Assembly: GCF_001447785.1 (NCBI RefSeq)
Contig: NW_015167563.1
Coordinates: forward strand, 303,297 to 367,296
DNA length: 64,000 nucleotides
Direction: 5' to 3'
Origin: Gekko japonicus
Taxonomy: Eukaryota
Below, in pieces: positions 12,939-25,776 of this stretch. The translations under genes were made by a program, and so were the position numbers. Position 1 is the stretch's first letter. The number at the start of each line of letters is the position of its first letter. The notes beneath the pieces were generated by a model. The model made no database searches. It was given only the letters and a program-made list of their open reading frames with translations, and was not told where the DNA came from.

Positions 12939-13158
12939 TAGGGATGCCAGCCTCCAGGTGGGATCTGGGGATTTCCCCCCTGAAATTACAACTATCTCCA
13001 GACTACAGAGATCAGTTCCCCGGGAGAAAATGGATGCTTTGGAGAGTGGCCTCTATGGCTTTATGCCCCAGTGAGGTCCCAGTCCTCCCCAGCTCCAAAT
13101 CTCCAGGAGTTACCCTACCTATCCCCCACCAGTGACCAGGGGGGACCTGGCAACCCTA
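12939..13158. mobile_element. hAT-like MITE
   Basis: TIRs tagggatgcca/tggcaacccta; perfect TSD atccatgc. Confidence 0.85.
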
Positions 13159-13534
13159 ATCCATGCATACAGTTGAAAGAGCTTTTTAACCTTTCTCCTC
13201 TTATTGATGTGCATGTGTAAGGAACAGAAAGGAAAGGTGATTCTAAATGTAAGAGTTTTATTTTTAGACATGTGAAAAAGGCAACTTTTAAATATTGCAG
13301 CAGGTTTCTGAATCAATTGATTGTAGAGTTGCCAATCATCTGGAGGGAAAGTGTTCTTAACTGAGTTTAATGGGATGTTATTTACCACCTGTTAATCTTC
13401 TGTTAAAGGAACAGGGCATTTTGATCTGGTGTTGGTCAGGAAGAAGGTGAACTGAAGGTGGGTGAACTAAAGATGGTCCCCTTGTCATGGATAGATGACT
13501 ACTTGCTAGGGTTTGCACAATCAACCTAAAGCAC

Positions 13535-14020
13535 CCCTGACAAGTGTTAATCCAGTTGCTGCTTATAGAGTGACGGTAAGGGGGAGCTCACCACCTTCCA
13601 AGTCAGCTGGTTCCACTGCTGAACTACTCTTACTGGAAAAAAGAAATTTCCTACTATCCATCTTGTAACTTTCTGCCCGTAATTTAAACCCATTATTGCA
13701 AGTCTATCCTCTACTGCCAACAGGAACAGCTCCCTGCCCTCCTCTAAGTGACAGCCCTTCAGATACTTAAAGAAAACAATCCTGTCCCCCCTCAACCTCC
13801 TCTTCTCCAGACTGAGCATTCCATTCAGCCTTTCCTCATAGGGCTTGGTCTTCAGCCCCTGATCATCCTTGTCACTCTCTTCTATACTCACTCCATTCTG
13901 CCCACATCTTTTTTTGAAATGAGGCCTCCAGAACTACACACAGTACTCCAGGTGTGGCCTGACCAATGCCGTGTACAGTGGGACTATGACATCTTGCAAT
14001 CTGGATATTATGCCTCTGTC
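13535..14020 (-). mobile_element. CR1 LINE ORF2 3' fragment
   Basis: [16 protein letters not shown]; YEERL...SLEKRRLRGD...FKYLKG. Confidence 0.9.
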
Positions 14021-14287
14021 CATACACTTCATAGGACTTCCTTTATATTCCATTTGCTGAAAGGGACAGAAAATAAAGCTGTGTTCTATAGCACCCTTAG
14101 TGTTCATGGCAGTTTGCAAAGTAATATAAGCAAAAGACAGATCCTTGTCCCAAGGAGCTTACTGTCTAGACTTAAATGTGGAGGCTGGAAACAGAGGAAG
14201 CAGAGAGGGGGAGAAAGGCAACAAAAAACATCAGCTCTAAGAAGCATATTAGACTCATGGATAGCCTTCCATAGCAAAGAAAGTGTT

Positions 14288-14780
14288 TTGTTGTTGTTGT
14301 TCAGTCGCATGGTCGAGTCCAACTCTTCGCGACCTCATGGACCAGATCACGCCAGGCCTTCCGGTCTTCCGCCGTCCTCTGAAGTTTGCTCAACTTCATG
14401 TTTGTTGCATCTATGACACTGTCTAACCATCTCATCCTTTGCCGTCCCCGTCTTCTTTGACCTTCAATCTTTCCCAGCATCAGGGTCTTCTCCAGTGAGT
14501 GCTCCTTTCTCATTTGGTGGCCAAAGTATTTGAGCTTCAGTTTCATTATCTGGCCTTCCAGGGAACAGTCAGGGTTGATTTCTTTTAGGATTGACTGATT
14601 TGATCTTCTTGCAGTCCAAGGGACTCTCAAGAGTCTTCTCCAGCACCATAGTTCAAAAGAATCTATTCTTCGACGCTCGGCCTTCCTTATAGTCCAACTC
14701 TCGCAGCCATACATGACTACTGGGAATACCATTGCTTTGACCATGCGGACTTTTGTTGGCAGGGTAATGTCTCTACTTTT
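14288..14780 (-). mobile_element. RTE-BovB LINE 3' fragment
   Basis: VKAMVFPVVMYGCESWTIRKAERRRIDSFELWCWRRLLRVPWTARRSNQSILKEI...; (CAA)n tail. Confidence 0.95.
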
Positions 14781-15519
14781 TATTTTTATTTTATTTATTT
14801 TTAGCGTTAGGACTAGAGAAAAGAGGGTTATTTTAAGCCTTTGTTTTCATCTAAGGAGTTGGGTTGTAAATCCGCTTGGTTTTTGGAGAAGCACTTCAGC
14901 TATCTGATTGGTAGCATTTGCTCCACAAAGTTGAGACATATATTATTGTTCTCTTGTGTCTACTCAGTCACACTATTTAGACTTTCTTCAAAGCTAATGA
15001 CACTGACACTTCCAGAGTCTTGGAATATTATAATAGTGAACCTGTAACCAGGTTATCCAGAGTGTTACACAGGCCTCAGCTTAACATCATTACTCCAGAG
15101 GATAACTAGCATTCTCACAAGTACTTTTGTGAGGGTGCGTGTCTCCAGTAAAAAGCACCGTGGATTCAATTCTTCTTCATACACCTTTCAGTTCAATGAA
15201 ATTATACATATGATCCCAGATACATGTATGATGTAGTTCTCTGAAGGCGAAAATTTGAATCACATCTTTCCTTGACTAAGAATCTTACAGCATGTCTGTG
15301 TGAAGAACTCAGAAGGGGGTCAGTTATCTATTACATACCCAACCCTCGCAAACTTACTCCTAGTATGAGCACATCAATCCCTGCCGGTTTCCTGTTCATT
15401 CACAATGCAGATTGAGGCAAAATACAGAACCAATGTGGCCAAAGTAGTTTGCCTGGAAAGTATTGAACAAGAAGAAAACGAACGTCCTTTAGAGCACATA
15501 TCCAACTAGTTCTCTATCA

Positions 15520-16146
15520 GCTGCACTGGCTACAGATTGAAGACCGGATCAAGTTCACGGTTCTGGTGCCGACCTTTAAAGCCCTAAATGGTCAGGGACC
15601 AGCATACCTTCAGGACCACCTTTCCTGGTATGTCCCCTAAAGACCAATACACTCACGTGATCAAAATCTGTTCGTGGTCCTCAGCCCAAAGAGCGTCTCG
15701 CTGTCCTTAACCAGGGCCAGGGCCTTTTTGGTCACATCTCTAGCCTGGTGGAACACTCTTCTGGGAGAGATCAGTGCCCTGCGGGCCCTGGTACAATTCC
15801 CCAGGGCCTGCAAAACCGTTGTTCTGCCGGGCTTATGGTTGAGAGCAGCAATGGGCTCCCTTCTGATAGGTTCATCTAGGATTGGCCTCCCCCTCCTTCT
15901 CCTCTTTCCCCCTCACTTCGCCCCTTTTCCTTCTTATCAGATGATTATATACTGCCCCTCCATATGAGTATAGTAGTTGTATTTTATTGATTTTATTATA
16001 TTTATTGTAATTATTTAATTGTTAATATATTTATTGTATTCATTATAATGTTTTAGATTGTATGATTCATAAATGTTGTTACTCACTATGAGCCACTTTC
16101 GGGGAGAACAGGATATAAAGCTAATAAAATAAATAAATAAATAAAT
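15520..16146 (+). mobile_element. L2 LINE 3' fragment
   Basis: LHWL...RIKF.VLV.TFKALNGQGPAYL.D.LS; (TAAA)n tail at ~16125-16146. Confidence 0.75.
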
Positions 16147-17868
16147 ACTTTCTTGGTTCTTCTTTCCACTTTCATAGTCCAGCACAGAACATGATATAAT
16201 GCCATATAGAGACACTGGATAGGATCCTGGATTGCACTGATATTAAGGGGATACTGCAAGACAGAGTAAGCAAGCCTCTGTTTCCCATAGAAATCATAGA
16301 GAGAAAATAAGGGTCTTGGTGCTTTCATAACCTGAAAATTAGATTTTCCGATCAAGCACTCATTTAGCCACTTGAACTGCTGTTCTGCTTTTAGCACAAC
16401 AGTAGTTAATTGGATTTTTGTTTGTGGTGACATATAAGGCATTCATACTGCAGCTGCTAATTCGATTTCTTGAAGGGTAAGAGACACACACAAAACAGTT
16501 CAGTATTCCTGAAAACTGAATTTGATGCTACGAAATACGGTTTGTCACAGGAGTTTGTCCTTGGGTTACTAGACATTCAGGATAATGCAAAGCTGGGTGA
16601 CCTCAGTTACCGATTCCTGTAGTTTTCTGAACTTATGTCAACACAACTCACACCTACTAATTTTACTGCTCGGCATGTTTTGCAGGCTACAAATTCAATT
16701 TTTCCTCAGATGTCTGACTTCATGCCCAGTTTTTGCCCAGCTACACTATTATGTCATATTTTGATAGAATTTGACAGCCATTTTCTCCTCATCTCCTGGC
16801 CTAGTCCCCTGTAAGGAGATTTCAGCTGTAAACCCGACTGTGTGCAGAATGACTACAAAATTAAGACAAAACATTTTTAAATGAGAATTTAGGGGTCCAT
16901 AACTAGCTTGAAATCTTTACCAGACATGTCACTTTTGTGTGTGGAGAGACAAAAAGGATAGGAATGGAGGTAATGGTCAGGAAAACCTTTCTAATAAATC
17001 TGTCAGAGCCCCTGGTGTAGTGGTTGGGGACACATCCCTATCATTTAACATTTTCCACTGACTTGTCTCTTCTGGTAGCTCAACAAGAACATGAGGTTCC
17101 AGAGTTACCACGAGTTAACAGTCTTTTCTAAAACTCCAGTTAATGATAAAAGCTGCATTAAAGCACAGTATACCATTTGTATACCAGGGCTGTTAATAGG
17201 TTGGGGGGGGGGTGAGAGGGGTTTCATTGTACTGGGTATGTTTTTCAGTTTGGAATTGTAAGCTACTTTAAACAACAAGAGAAAGGTGGGGTATAAAAAT
17301 TTGAATTAATTGACTTTTTTTGTTTTGTTCTTTAGTCTGTTAATGTCCAAATGCACATCCCTATATTTTTGTGTTTCTCAGGGAATTTGCTGATTAACTC
17401 TTTGCAATAAAAAAGCCCCTATATTGCTATAAAATACATGTTATTAGTATTAGTCATGAAAACTATGGATTTCTAGTTTAGAATGTCTTTCCAGCATGGT
17501 TCTTGGTGATTACCCCCCAAACAGTTTTATTAAAAACCCTTACACATATTGCAATCAGGATATTCTTTTCTACCCAAAGCCAAATTCCAGTGTATCTTGG
17601 GGTGGAAAAACCAATAATGTTTGTGGTGGTAGAAGTCATTGAGTTTGACAAAATATCCAGAGCTTAAAAACACACTTTCAGATAAGGCAGAATTTTTCAT
17701 TAGATCATATGCACCTTTCCCCTTCAGCTTGTTGGACAACTCACTCCAGTTTTACTCCTTTATAAAGCTGTAATTTTTATTTGCAGTTTGAACAAAAAAA
17801 AGCAACATTCTTACCTTGTTCTAAACCCATTAGAAAACTAGCATAAACTACCATACTTTTTTTTTTTT

Positions 17869-18602
17869 CTCAACAATTTTTTATTGAAGTCTTGCAATTC
17901 ATACAACCATTAAGATAAGTTATAACTACTTCAATTTTAACAGAAAATTGAAAGATTGGTTAGATTCACAATTAATACAGTATTTGTTATGAACATTTGA
18001 ATAACTACTATTTTTCTAATCTCAAAAACTTGCTGAAAGCCATAGGATTTTGGGATATGAGGGGTATAACCTTGAATTCATGTAGCGTTAGAAGATTAGA
18101 AAATCGAAGAATAATACATTCCTTAGTGAAGGTTTCGTTATGTTAAGGCGAGTGTTAACTGCACTGTGCTGTGTCTTTATATCTTGACTAACTCAGTATC
18201 TATCTTTTGTCTACCTTCAGAACCATTTTGTGTATTCCTCCCAGGACGACAGTATAAATTTTTCCGCTTCTAAAAAGGTAAGTATAGGAAACCACTTTGC
18301 ACTAAATTTCAGATCTGGCTGGTTTGTTCTGGCTGTATTGCATCTCCCGGTGATGCTTTCCATTATGTATTGGTCCCAGAGTTTTTGGAACCAGTCTTGT
18401 ATAGTGGGTGGGTTAGGATTTTTCCATTTTGAGGCTATTGAGGTTCTTGCTGCGTAGAGCATTGTTTTGAGTATGCTTTTGTGGTGGTGTTGATCGATAC
18501 TTTCTGGCCAGATATCCAACATTAAGTTTTCAGGAGTGCAGGTAAGATCTATGCCAAGGATTTGTTTGATTTTCTGCAGTATCTCCATCCAGAAAGGGCA
18601 AA
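17869..18602 (-). mobile_element. 5'-truncated L1/Tx1 LINE (ORF2 C-terminus, 3' UTR, poly(A))
   Basis: AARTSIASKWKNPNPPTIQDW motif; TSD catac(t)n at ~17852 and ~18603. Confidence 0.8.
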
Positions 18603-19470
18603 CATACTTTTTTTTTTTAATCTAAGTTAGCCCTAGCATTGTTTGCATCTGGGATATTTTTTCTCTCCTAATAATGGGCACTGTCACACATGCTAAATAA
18701 TGCAAAATTTAATCCACTTCAGCGGCCGTTTGCAAGTGGATTTTGCCATTTCACACAGTAAAATCCAGAAAATGGATTGAAAGTTTATTATTTAGTGTGT
18801 ACAAGTGGGGACCCGCAAGAAACTTGTGGGAAGGAGGCATTCCCTCACCTTTGCTTCCTTCCCTCTCCCCCCTCTCCCTCTTTCTTTCTCTCCCCAAGCC
18901 AATCCCGCCTTTTTCTTTACAACCCTCTACCAAGTTTATCCCTCTTTGTCAATCCCCCTTCTTTCTCTCCCCCCCCAAGCAAATACTCCCATCTTTCCCT
19001 TTCTCTCTCTCTCCCCCAAGCCTATCCCCCTCTTCTTTCTCCTTCCCTAACTTTGAGCCCAGCAGCGGTGACAGTGCCTGGGAGGCCGAGCCATTGCAGG
19101 CTCTGCCACAAAGCCACCCGCTGCTTTCCATCCCTCTTCACTTCCCGGCTTCCCAAAAGCAGAAAAGCCTGCAAAGGTCTTGTCACTAGGAAAGCCGTTG
19201 CTAAGGGCAGTCACATGCTGAAAACAGTTGCTTTCCAAGGAGAGGGAGGGAGGGGGAGAGAATGCTCCTTGTCATTGGTAAGTCCATTCTCTGCGCATGA
19301 GCAGAAAAAACTGTTGTACTTTTGAGGAGATTTAAATATCCCTGTATCCTTTTAAAAAGTTTTTAGATTTTTTCTGCACACCTGGGGAGTGCCACAAGTG
19401 TGCAGGATAATCTCGTTTCCCTCCATGTGCCCCCAATCTGCGGAAATAAGTATCCGCATGCAGGGGGCCA

Positions 19471-19970
19471 TGTTGGGAATTAGATATATAGATTGTTACC
19501 CAAAGAGGCAGTTTCCTAATTAGTTGGGAGACTTAGCTTTAAGAGACAGAGTGAGAGGAGGTTACTGGGATATCCACCTATGTTTACACGGATTTTTCGT
19601 TTAAGAGAACTCTCAAATAAACCAAGCAGATTGTCAACCAGAAAGGTTTTTATTAAAAAGAAAATAGAAACGGACAAAAGTGCATACACAAACACATACA
19701 CACTAAAAACACATATAAGAGCTAAGAGGAAATCAGGATGGAAAGAGGGAAACCTTTTTTGGGGAAGAGGGAGGGTGATAATTACCAATCTTGAAGATGC
19801 CTGTGGAAGCAGCAACTTGAAGAGCAAAATGGCCAGCATTTTGTTCTGTGCAGGAGAGAAAAAGAAACCCACAAAGTGGGAGTGTATGTGGTCACACAAT
19901 ACACATGCACACTGCAAGGAAACAGGGTGCTCCAGATATAGGGCAAAACATACCCTCAGGTGGATATGAT
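19471..19970 (-). mobile_element. Possible LTR fragment
   Basis: TG terminus at 19471, minus-strand AATAAA near 19650; other end lost at the L2 junction. Confidence 0.3.
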
Positions 19971-19974
19971 GCAT

Positions 19975-20270
19975 TTGCTAGAAAAATGTGCAGCCTTGAT
20001 CCGTGCCCTTCATGGCTTATAAAAGCTGGCCGTGAGGGGTTGCGAGGTGCCCTCAGAGATATCATCAACAAGTCCTTTGTTGAGGGACTGTTCCCGGGGG
20101 AACTCAAGGAAGTGATGGTCCACCCTCTCTTGAAAAAACCATCTTTGGATCCGGCCAAATTAGCTAACTACCGGCCGGTTTCCAATTTGCCCTATTTGGG
20201 CAAATCACTTGAAAGAGCAACGGTGATTCAGTTGCAGAGCTTTATGGATGACACTTCCATGCTAGACCAC
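19975..20270 (+). mobile_element. L2 ORF2 internal fragment
   Basis: CSLDPCPSWLIK...PLLKKPSLDP..LANYRPVSNLPYLGK. Confidence 0.85.
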
Positions 20271-20299
20271 GCTTGTCCCAGTCAGCAGCACTCATACCA

Positions 20300-20525
20300 T
20301 GCGGTCACTCAGCGGCAGGACCTTCAGGGCGGAGGGGCGCCTCAATTCTCCGGCTTTTGGGCATCGAAGAGGTCGCCCCTCAAAAGCCCCCTGCCTGGGA
20401 GCCTTTTACCAAGGCTCTGGGGGGTCGCGACCCGTTGGACCCCCTCCCACACACCGGTCTGCAGTTTACATCCCCGGGACATTCGGGAGATGTGTCTGCC
20501 TGCGTGTCGCCATAAATCGGAAACC
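20300..20525 (-). mobile_element. L1/HAL1 5' UTR fragment
   Basis: Clearly homologous to 4785-4985 (cactcagcggcaggac...gaagaggtcgcccctc...gtgtcgccataaa). Confidence 0.75.
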
Positions 20526-20559
20526 AACAGCAACCACTTCTTGATGTTCTACTTGTTGA

Positions 20560-21800
20560 AGTAGAAACTTCTCCGGGTACTTGTGGTACAGTGTATCCTA
20601 GACAAGCTAGAGATTACTTGATGTGCTGCTTGAGCCTGGGCATTTTTTCTCCAGATTTACAAGGAATATGTGCCTTTTCTGACCTGAATACTTCTTCACC
20701 CATAAAATGGATCTTCACCCATAAATATAAGTGGCAATGGCAGCAACATCTAACATACTGAAGGGCAGTACAATTGGCCACCTTGCTTTTCCACTGGCAT
20801 ATATAATTTGCAACAAAATAGTCAAGATTATCCACCTCACTTTTTCTTTTTGCATTGTAATGTGTAATTATTTCTTGTTTCCTTTTTTCACCCTGTACAA
20901 CAAAGTCATGATGCATGGTAGAAAGTAGAAGTACAATTTTGCCTTTCTTGGGGATATATGAAACCAGTGCATATTTTTTGTCAAAACCAAATACTGATTA
21001 CTGTGATTCCCTGGATAGATGTTGACATCATTTCAGGGTGGTGTGGGGATGTATCCTTGTTTTGCCTAGTTGTGCCAACAAATGTCAGGCTTCTAGTTAG
21101 CAAAGCTTCTGCCACCTCTAGACTTGTGAAAAAAGGTGATCCCCCACTACATTTCTCCCACTGTGGTTCCAAGGTCTGACCAGTGTTATTGCCATATGGT
21201 ACGACAGCTGGGATTCACACAGTGTTCCAGGCTGCCTGCCCAGGTAAACTTCTCCTGTGAGAGGACATGATGTCTCAACTTCACAACAGCACCATAATTT
21301 TAGTTCATATTTGCCATGGTTTATATTGCTGGAATGGAGAAGGACATCTGAACCTAACCACCTCTTCATGTATGGTAAGGTCCATTTCTGATGTGTACCA
21401 CTTTGGAAGCTGCTCAATAAACACAGCCTTTCAGATGTCACAGAAGGCAGCTAATTTATCTACAGATCTAAGCTCCTGTCTTGTATATTTGTTGTCAAAT
21501 CTCGCGTACTTTGTAATGGCATGAAATCTCTCCAGGCTTCTTGGATGACCACAGGCACAAGATCTACCTCTTTCATGTGTCTCTGGCAGCCTTTCTGAAA
21601 GTTGCTCCTTGTCTGTGGATGAACTTGAGTTCGAGGGATGCTCTGAAGGGGTATAGTCTTCTGGTTATGAACAGCATTCTGTTTGTGCCACATAATCTTT
21701 ACTTTGCGATCCTGTGCATCACTTTCAGAGTCACTGCTCAAGACCATCATGAGAGCCTCTTCAGGACTCAAAGATGCATGTTCAATGGCACCTCCATTCT
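20560..21800 (-). pseudogene. Decayed piggyBac transposase
   Basis: Frameshifted motifs LTIHEEVVRFR, KYELKLWCCCE..T, LTFVGTTRQNK, EIITHYN....VDNLD resembling the piggyBac DDD core. Confidence 0.75.
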
Positions 21801-21989
21801 GCAATGCGAATATAATACCACCATAGACTGGAATACTGAATGTTACTCAATCCCTACTTGTGCCACCACCACCCATAGGAGGCTGAAGTTGGTTCCTTAT
21901 TCGCACTTCCGTATTCATTCCTTATTTGTTTCTTATTCGTGTAGTCATTCAGAAACACTAAGGAGAGTGAGTTGGAAAGCTCTGAACCC

Positions 21990-22537
21990 CAAAATAAGAT
22001 CTGGACCACCACATATCATATACCCCCACATTCACAGGACTTTCCCCTTCGAGGGGACATATGCTGTATCCTGGTCCAAAGCACGGTTCTGGTGTCAGCT
22101 GCTCCAAAGTGCAGTGCCCCTAGGACAATCACACAAGCAGACACTGGGGCCAGGCTGCACCCCAAAATAATCTTTGGACAAACCCAAAGGACCCATCCCC
22201 ACGCTCTGGAGACTGTGCCCTGCAAGGTGACATACAGTGATGCCCGGTCCAAACACCGGTTCTGATGCCACGAGCTTCTGTTCGCAGGGCTTCTCCGAGG
22301 CCTGCATTCCAAAGCAGATTTGAATAAGAAAGTGCCCCCTGCACCCGAAATAAGGTCTCCACCCCCACAATTCATACACCCCCATCTTCAGCGGACCCTC
22401 CCCTTCGAGGGGACACATTCTGTGTGCTGGTTCAAAGCACGGTTCCGGTGCCAGTAGCTCCAAAGCGTGGTTCCCCCAGGACAAACATACAGGCAGACAT
22501 TGGGGCCAGACTGCCCCTCCAAAAAATATTTGGACCA
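21990..22537. repeat. Diverged ~178-bp tandem repeat, three units in A-B-A' order
   Basis: ccccttcgaggggaca recurs at a 356-bp spacing; the middle unit shares ggtccaaa-cac-ggttctg motifs. Confidence 0.7.
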
Positions 22538-22544
22538 TGAATAC

Positions 22545-23480
22545 TAATAACAATAACAATAATAAAGTGCTTTCTGTAAACAAGGCGGTCTTGGGTGGTT
22601 TTGATGGCGTCCTCAATCCTCCCCATTGGGGTTGCACTGTCCAGCAGATAGTTCGAGCCAATCCCACATGCAATTTATGGTGGAACTTCCAAGGGCGATT
22701 GCTAATCCCGATGGTATCGCCACCGTTGGTGGTGGTGGCAGCGGCGGCCCCTATGCGAAAGCCTGGCGGAAGAGCTCCGTCTTGCAGGCCCTGCGGAACT
22801 GCATAAGGTCCCGCAGGGCCCTGATCTCCTCTGGGAGCTCGTTCCACCAGGTAGAGCCGCCACTGAAAAGGATCTAGCCCTGGTCGCAGCAAGCTTTACC
22901 TCCCAGGGGCCTGGGATGACCAGGCGGTGTTGGGTCCCCGACCAAAGTGCTCTTGGGGGTATATAAGGGGAAAGGCGGTCCCTCAGGTAAGTCGGACCCT
23001 GGCCATGTAGGGCTTTAAAGGTGAGTACCAGCACTTTGAAGCGGATTCGGTATGCTATTGGCAGCCAGTGCAGCGCTTTCAACCCAGGCCGGATGTGCTC
23101 CCACTTGGGGAGACCCATCAGCAGCCTGGCCGCCGCATTCTGCACTAGCTGCAGCTTCCGGATCTGCGACAAAGGCAGTCCCATGTAGAGAGTGTTACAG
23201 TAGTCTAGCCTTGAGGTGACCATCGCATGGATCACTGTAGCCAGGTCATCGCGTTCGAGGAAGGGGGCCAACTGCAGAATCTGCCTCAGATGGTACAATG
23301 CAGATCTGGCACTGGCTGCCACCTGGGCCTCCATAGTTAAGGAGGGATCCCAAACTCCTAACCTCTGATGCTGGCACCAAAGGCACCCCATCGAAGGACG
23401 GGAGAGGGAGCCCCAACCCCGAACCGTTCCGGCTCAGGCACAGGACCTCCGTCTTCGCTGGGTTTAGTTTCAGCCGGTTT
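22545..23480 (-). mobile_element. L2 LINE 3' portion
   Basis: NRLKLNPAKTEVL; IHAMVTSRLDYCN; KLQLVQNAAARLL; LHWLPIAYRIRFK. Confidence 0.92.
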
Positions 23481-23509
23481 GGGTTGTTGTTTGTTTGTTT
23501 GCTGCAATC

Positions 23510-23780
23510 TAAGAGGGTCAAGCTACAGGTAAATTAACATAAAAATATACAAACGTTTATTAGGGTGTACACATAAATAGAACATTAAAAAGGTTAAAAG
23601 AAATAGTCTAAATATCAGACTCAAAGAACATATTTCGTTCAGAAATGATTGTTATACATATCCAATAGATGGGTAAAACATTTGACCTAAGGACCATACG
23701 CATTTCGGCCCCTTTGGGCCTTCCTCAGTGGTCAGTATTCCTTATTTTACAATGACACACATCCAGAAATACATACATAA
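23510..23780 (-). mobile_element. Penelope-derived pseudo-LTR (same family as 7130-8212)
   Basis: Shared motifs ggtcaag.tacag, ggtgtacaca and gacacacatc.agaaata; contains a hammerhead. Confidence 0.6.
23692..23733 (-). ncRNA. Minimal type I hammerhead ribozyme with intact core
   Basis: gacca-CTGAGGA-aggccc aaag gggcc-GAAA-tgcg-TA-tggtc; stems I and II pair. Confidence 0.8.
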
Positions 23781-24962
23781 AGAATTATATATATATATAT
23801 ATAGGAAGTAGGTGATAGTGTTATTTTTAATTTATTTAAAATATTGGTATCCCACCTTTCAGTCTGAAAATACCACAAAGGGGGAGGGCAGGGTATAAGT
23901 TTGAGGAAATAAATAAATAAATAACTCTAGCACCACAGAGCATCCAACACACTAGATACAAGTATCATTCCATGTTCCAGTTGGGTTCAGTCATAATGAT
24001 TTGTCTCAAAAAACACAAACCAGTGTAGTGGTCTACTTCTGTAGTTTTACAATGTGACAAGACAGAGTGTTTCTGGTATCATGCTGGTCATCAAAATAGT
24101 GCTTTCTGATGAATGGGGAAACTGCTTTCTTGACATCCTACTCTGTCAATACTGCTGAGAAACAGCAGAAGGGTCAAAACCTCAGGTGGTCTGTACAAAT
24201 GTTGGCCTTTGCATGTTACAATGGTTGGTGTAAAAAAAATTTTTTTAGGCAGGACAAAATGGGAAACTTTGTATTTCAGGTTTTAGTGGACAATACACAA
24301 ACAAACATTTCTGCATAAGCCAATGGACTGATTTTCCAAAGTATTTCAAAGGCTGATCTAAAGAAAGCACTCTTTTGAAGAACTGAAGAGTTCAAATTCT
24401 CTTTTTAAGAAAGTGTCCTTTTTTTTTTTAAATTAACTGCAACAATACCCAGATTCCTTCTCAATAAAGCTCAATAATTTGAACCCCAGGAACACTTTTA
24501 CAGTTTCTTTCATTCCAGCTACTAGCCTCCCCCTCTCCCCTCAATTATTGCTTTTCCTGCAAAAAATTAAGTGGGACACTGTGACAGTATTGGCAGAGTG
24601 GCAAGACAGTAAAGACTTTAACGCTATTTGTTAAAGACCCAGGCAGCACTTGGGCAAAAACAGGCAGCTTAAATGTCACCTGAATGGGGCCACCGGGGGG
24701 GGGGGGCAAAATTTCCAGGGCCCAAGTCAGGTGGGGGCCCCCTGAAGCCAGCATGATGCTGCAGTCATGGAAAGCATTTACTGGGGGCACAGGAAAGGCA
24801 GAGCACAGTAAACAGGAGTTGTTCTGACTCTGCTAGTCAGGCCTTTCTGCAACATTTACTAAGAGGCTAAGGGAAACCATTGCTTCTCAGATCCTGCTAA
24901 ATCCATCAGCCAAGCCAGCACTGGAGCAAGGCAAGAGCAGACAGGAAAAGCTACAGTCATTG

Positions 24963-25349
24963 TAGGGTTGCCAGCCCTCAGGTGGGAGCAGGGGATCGCC
25001 TGATTTTGTGGGCTCCTGTCTGCTGCCGGCCAGCTAGTCAGCAGGAGGAAAGCCCCACCCCCAACAGCCACGACCTGGCGTGATGTCCCCAACATAAAGA
25101 CATCATGCAGAAGTGACATTATCACACTGGGGGCTTCGCACAGCGACGCTCTGGTATTTTGGGCAAAACTCGCTGGTAACCATAGAGTTTTGCCCAAAAT
25201 ACCAGAGTGTTGGCACACAACATCCCTGGCATAATGATGTCACTTCCATGTGATGTCATCATGTCAGAAATGTCACATGCTGTGACATCACCTCAACTTC
25301 CACTCTCTCCCAACCCCTGCTGGTGAGGAGGTAAGACCTGGCAACCCTA
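24963..25349. mobile_element. hAT-like MITE
   Basis: TIRs tagggttgcca/tggcaacccta; TSD agtcattg. Confidence 0.85.
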
Positions 25350-25539
25350 AGTCATTGCCAGGATGCAGCTTCCTAATAAGGTCAATATCTCCATCAGTCT
25401 ATGCTTTCTGTCTTCCATTAGTTCCACCCAGCTCCATAGCTTTGCACTACCAGATCTCACAAAGGGGCAGCCCTGTTAGTGTGTGGTAGCAAACAAATAA
25501 CCTTTTGATGTCTTTTCCCCAATTTCTTTCACTCTTTTC

Positions 25540-25745
25540 CAATGTTCCCTCTAAGCTGTGGAGTCTCGTGAACAATTATTCTGCTTTGTGAGCTCCTGGC
25601 ATTAAAGTTGTGAGCCAGCGATTTGGCTACTGCATAAATTAGTTTGCTCTGGAGCCATCCTTCCTGAGCTAAGACAAAAATGTGTGAGCTGGAGGCTAAA
25701 AAACTGTGAGCTGGCTCACACTAACTCAGCTTAGAGGGAACACTG
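25540..25745. mobile_element. hAT-like MITE (CAGTGTTCCCTCTAAGCTG TIR)
   Basis: ~19-bp TIRs; TSD ctcttttc; second copy at 59857. Confidence 0.85.
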
Positions 25746-25776
25746 CTCTTTTCCACTTTTTCCTCCTTTGGCAACT

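Noticed and set aside
13748-14416. 222-aa ORF
   Set aside because: Antisense read-through of CR1 and BovB fragments
18743-19325. Pro/Ser/Leu-rich ORFs
   Set aside because: Produced by CT-rich low-complexity sequence
19848-20564. 238-aa ORF as a chimeric gene
   Set aside because: Chance fusion across L2 and antisense L1 UTR fragments, with a non-ATG start
21990-22537. CRISPR-like array
   Set aside because: Long diverged tandem units without short identical repeats or unique spacers, in a eukaryotic context
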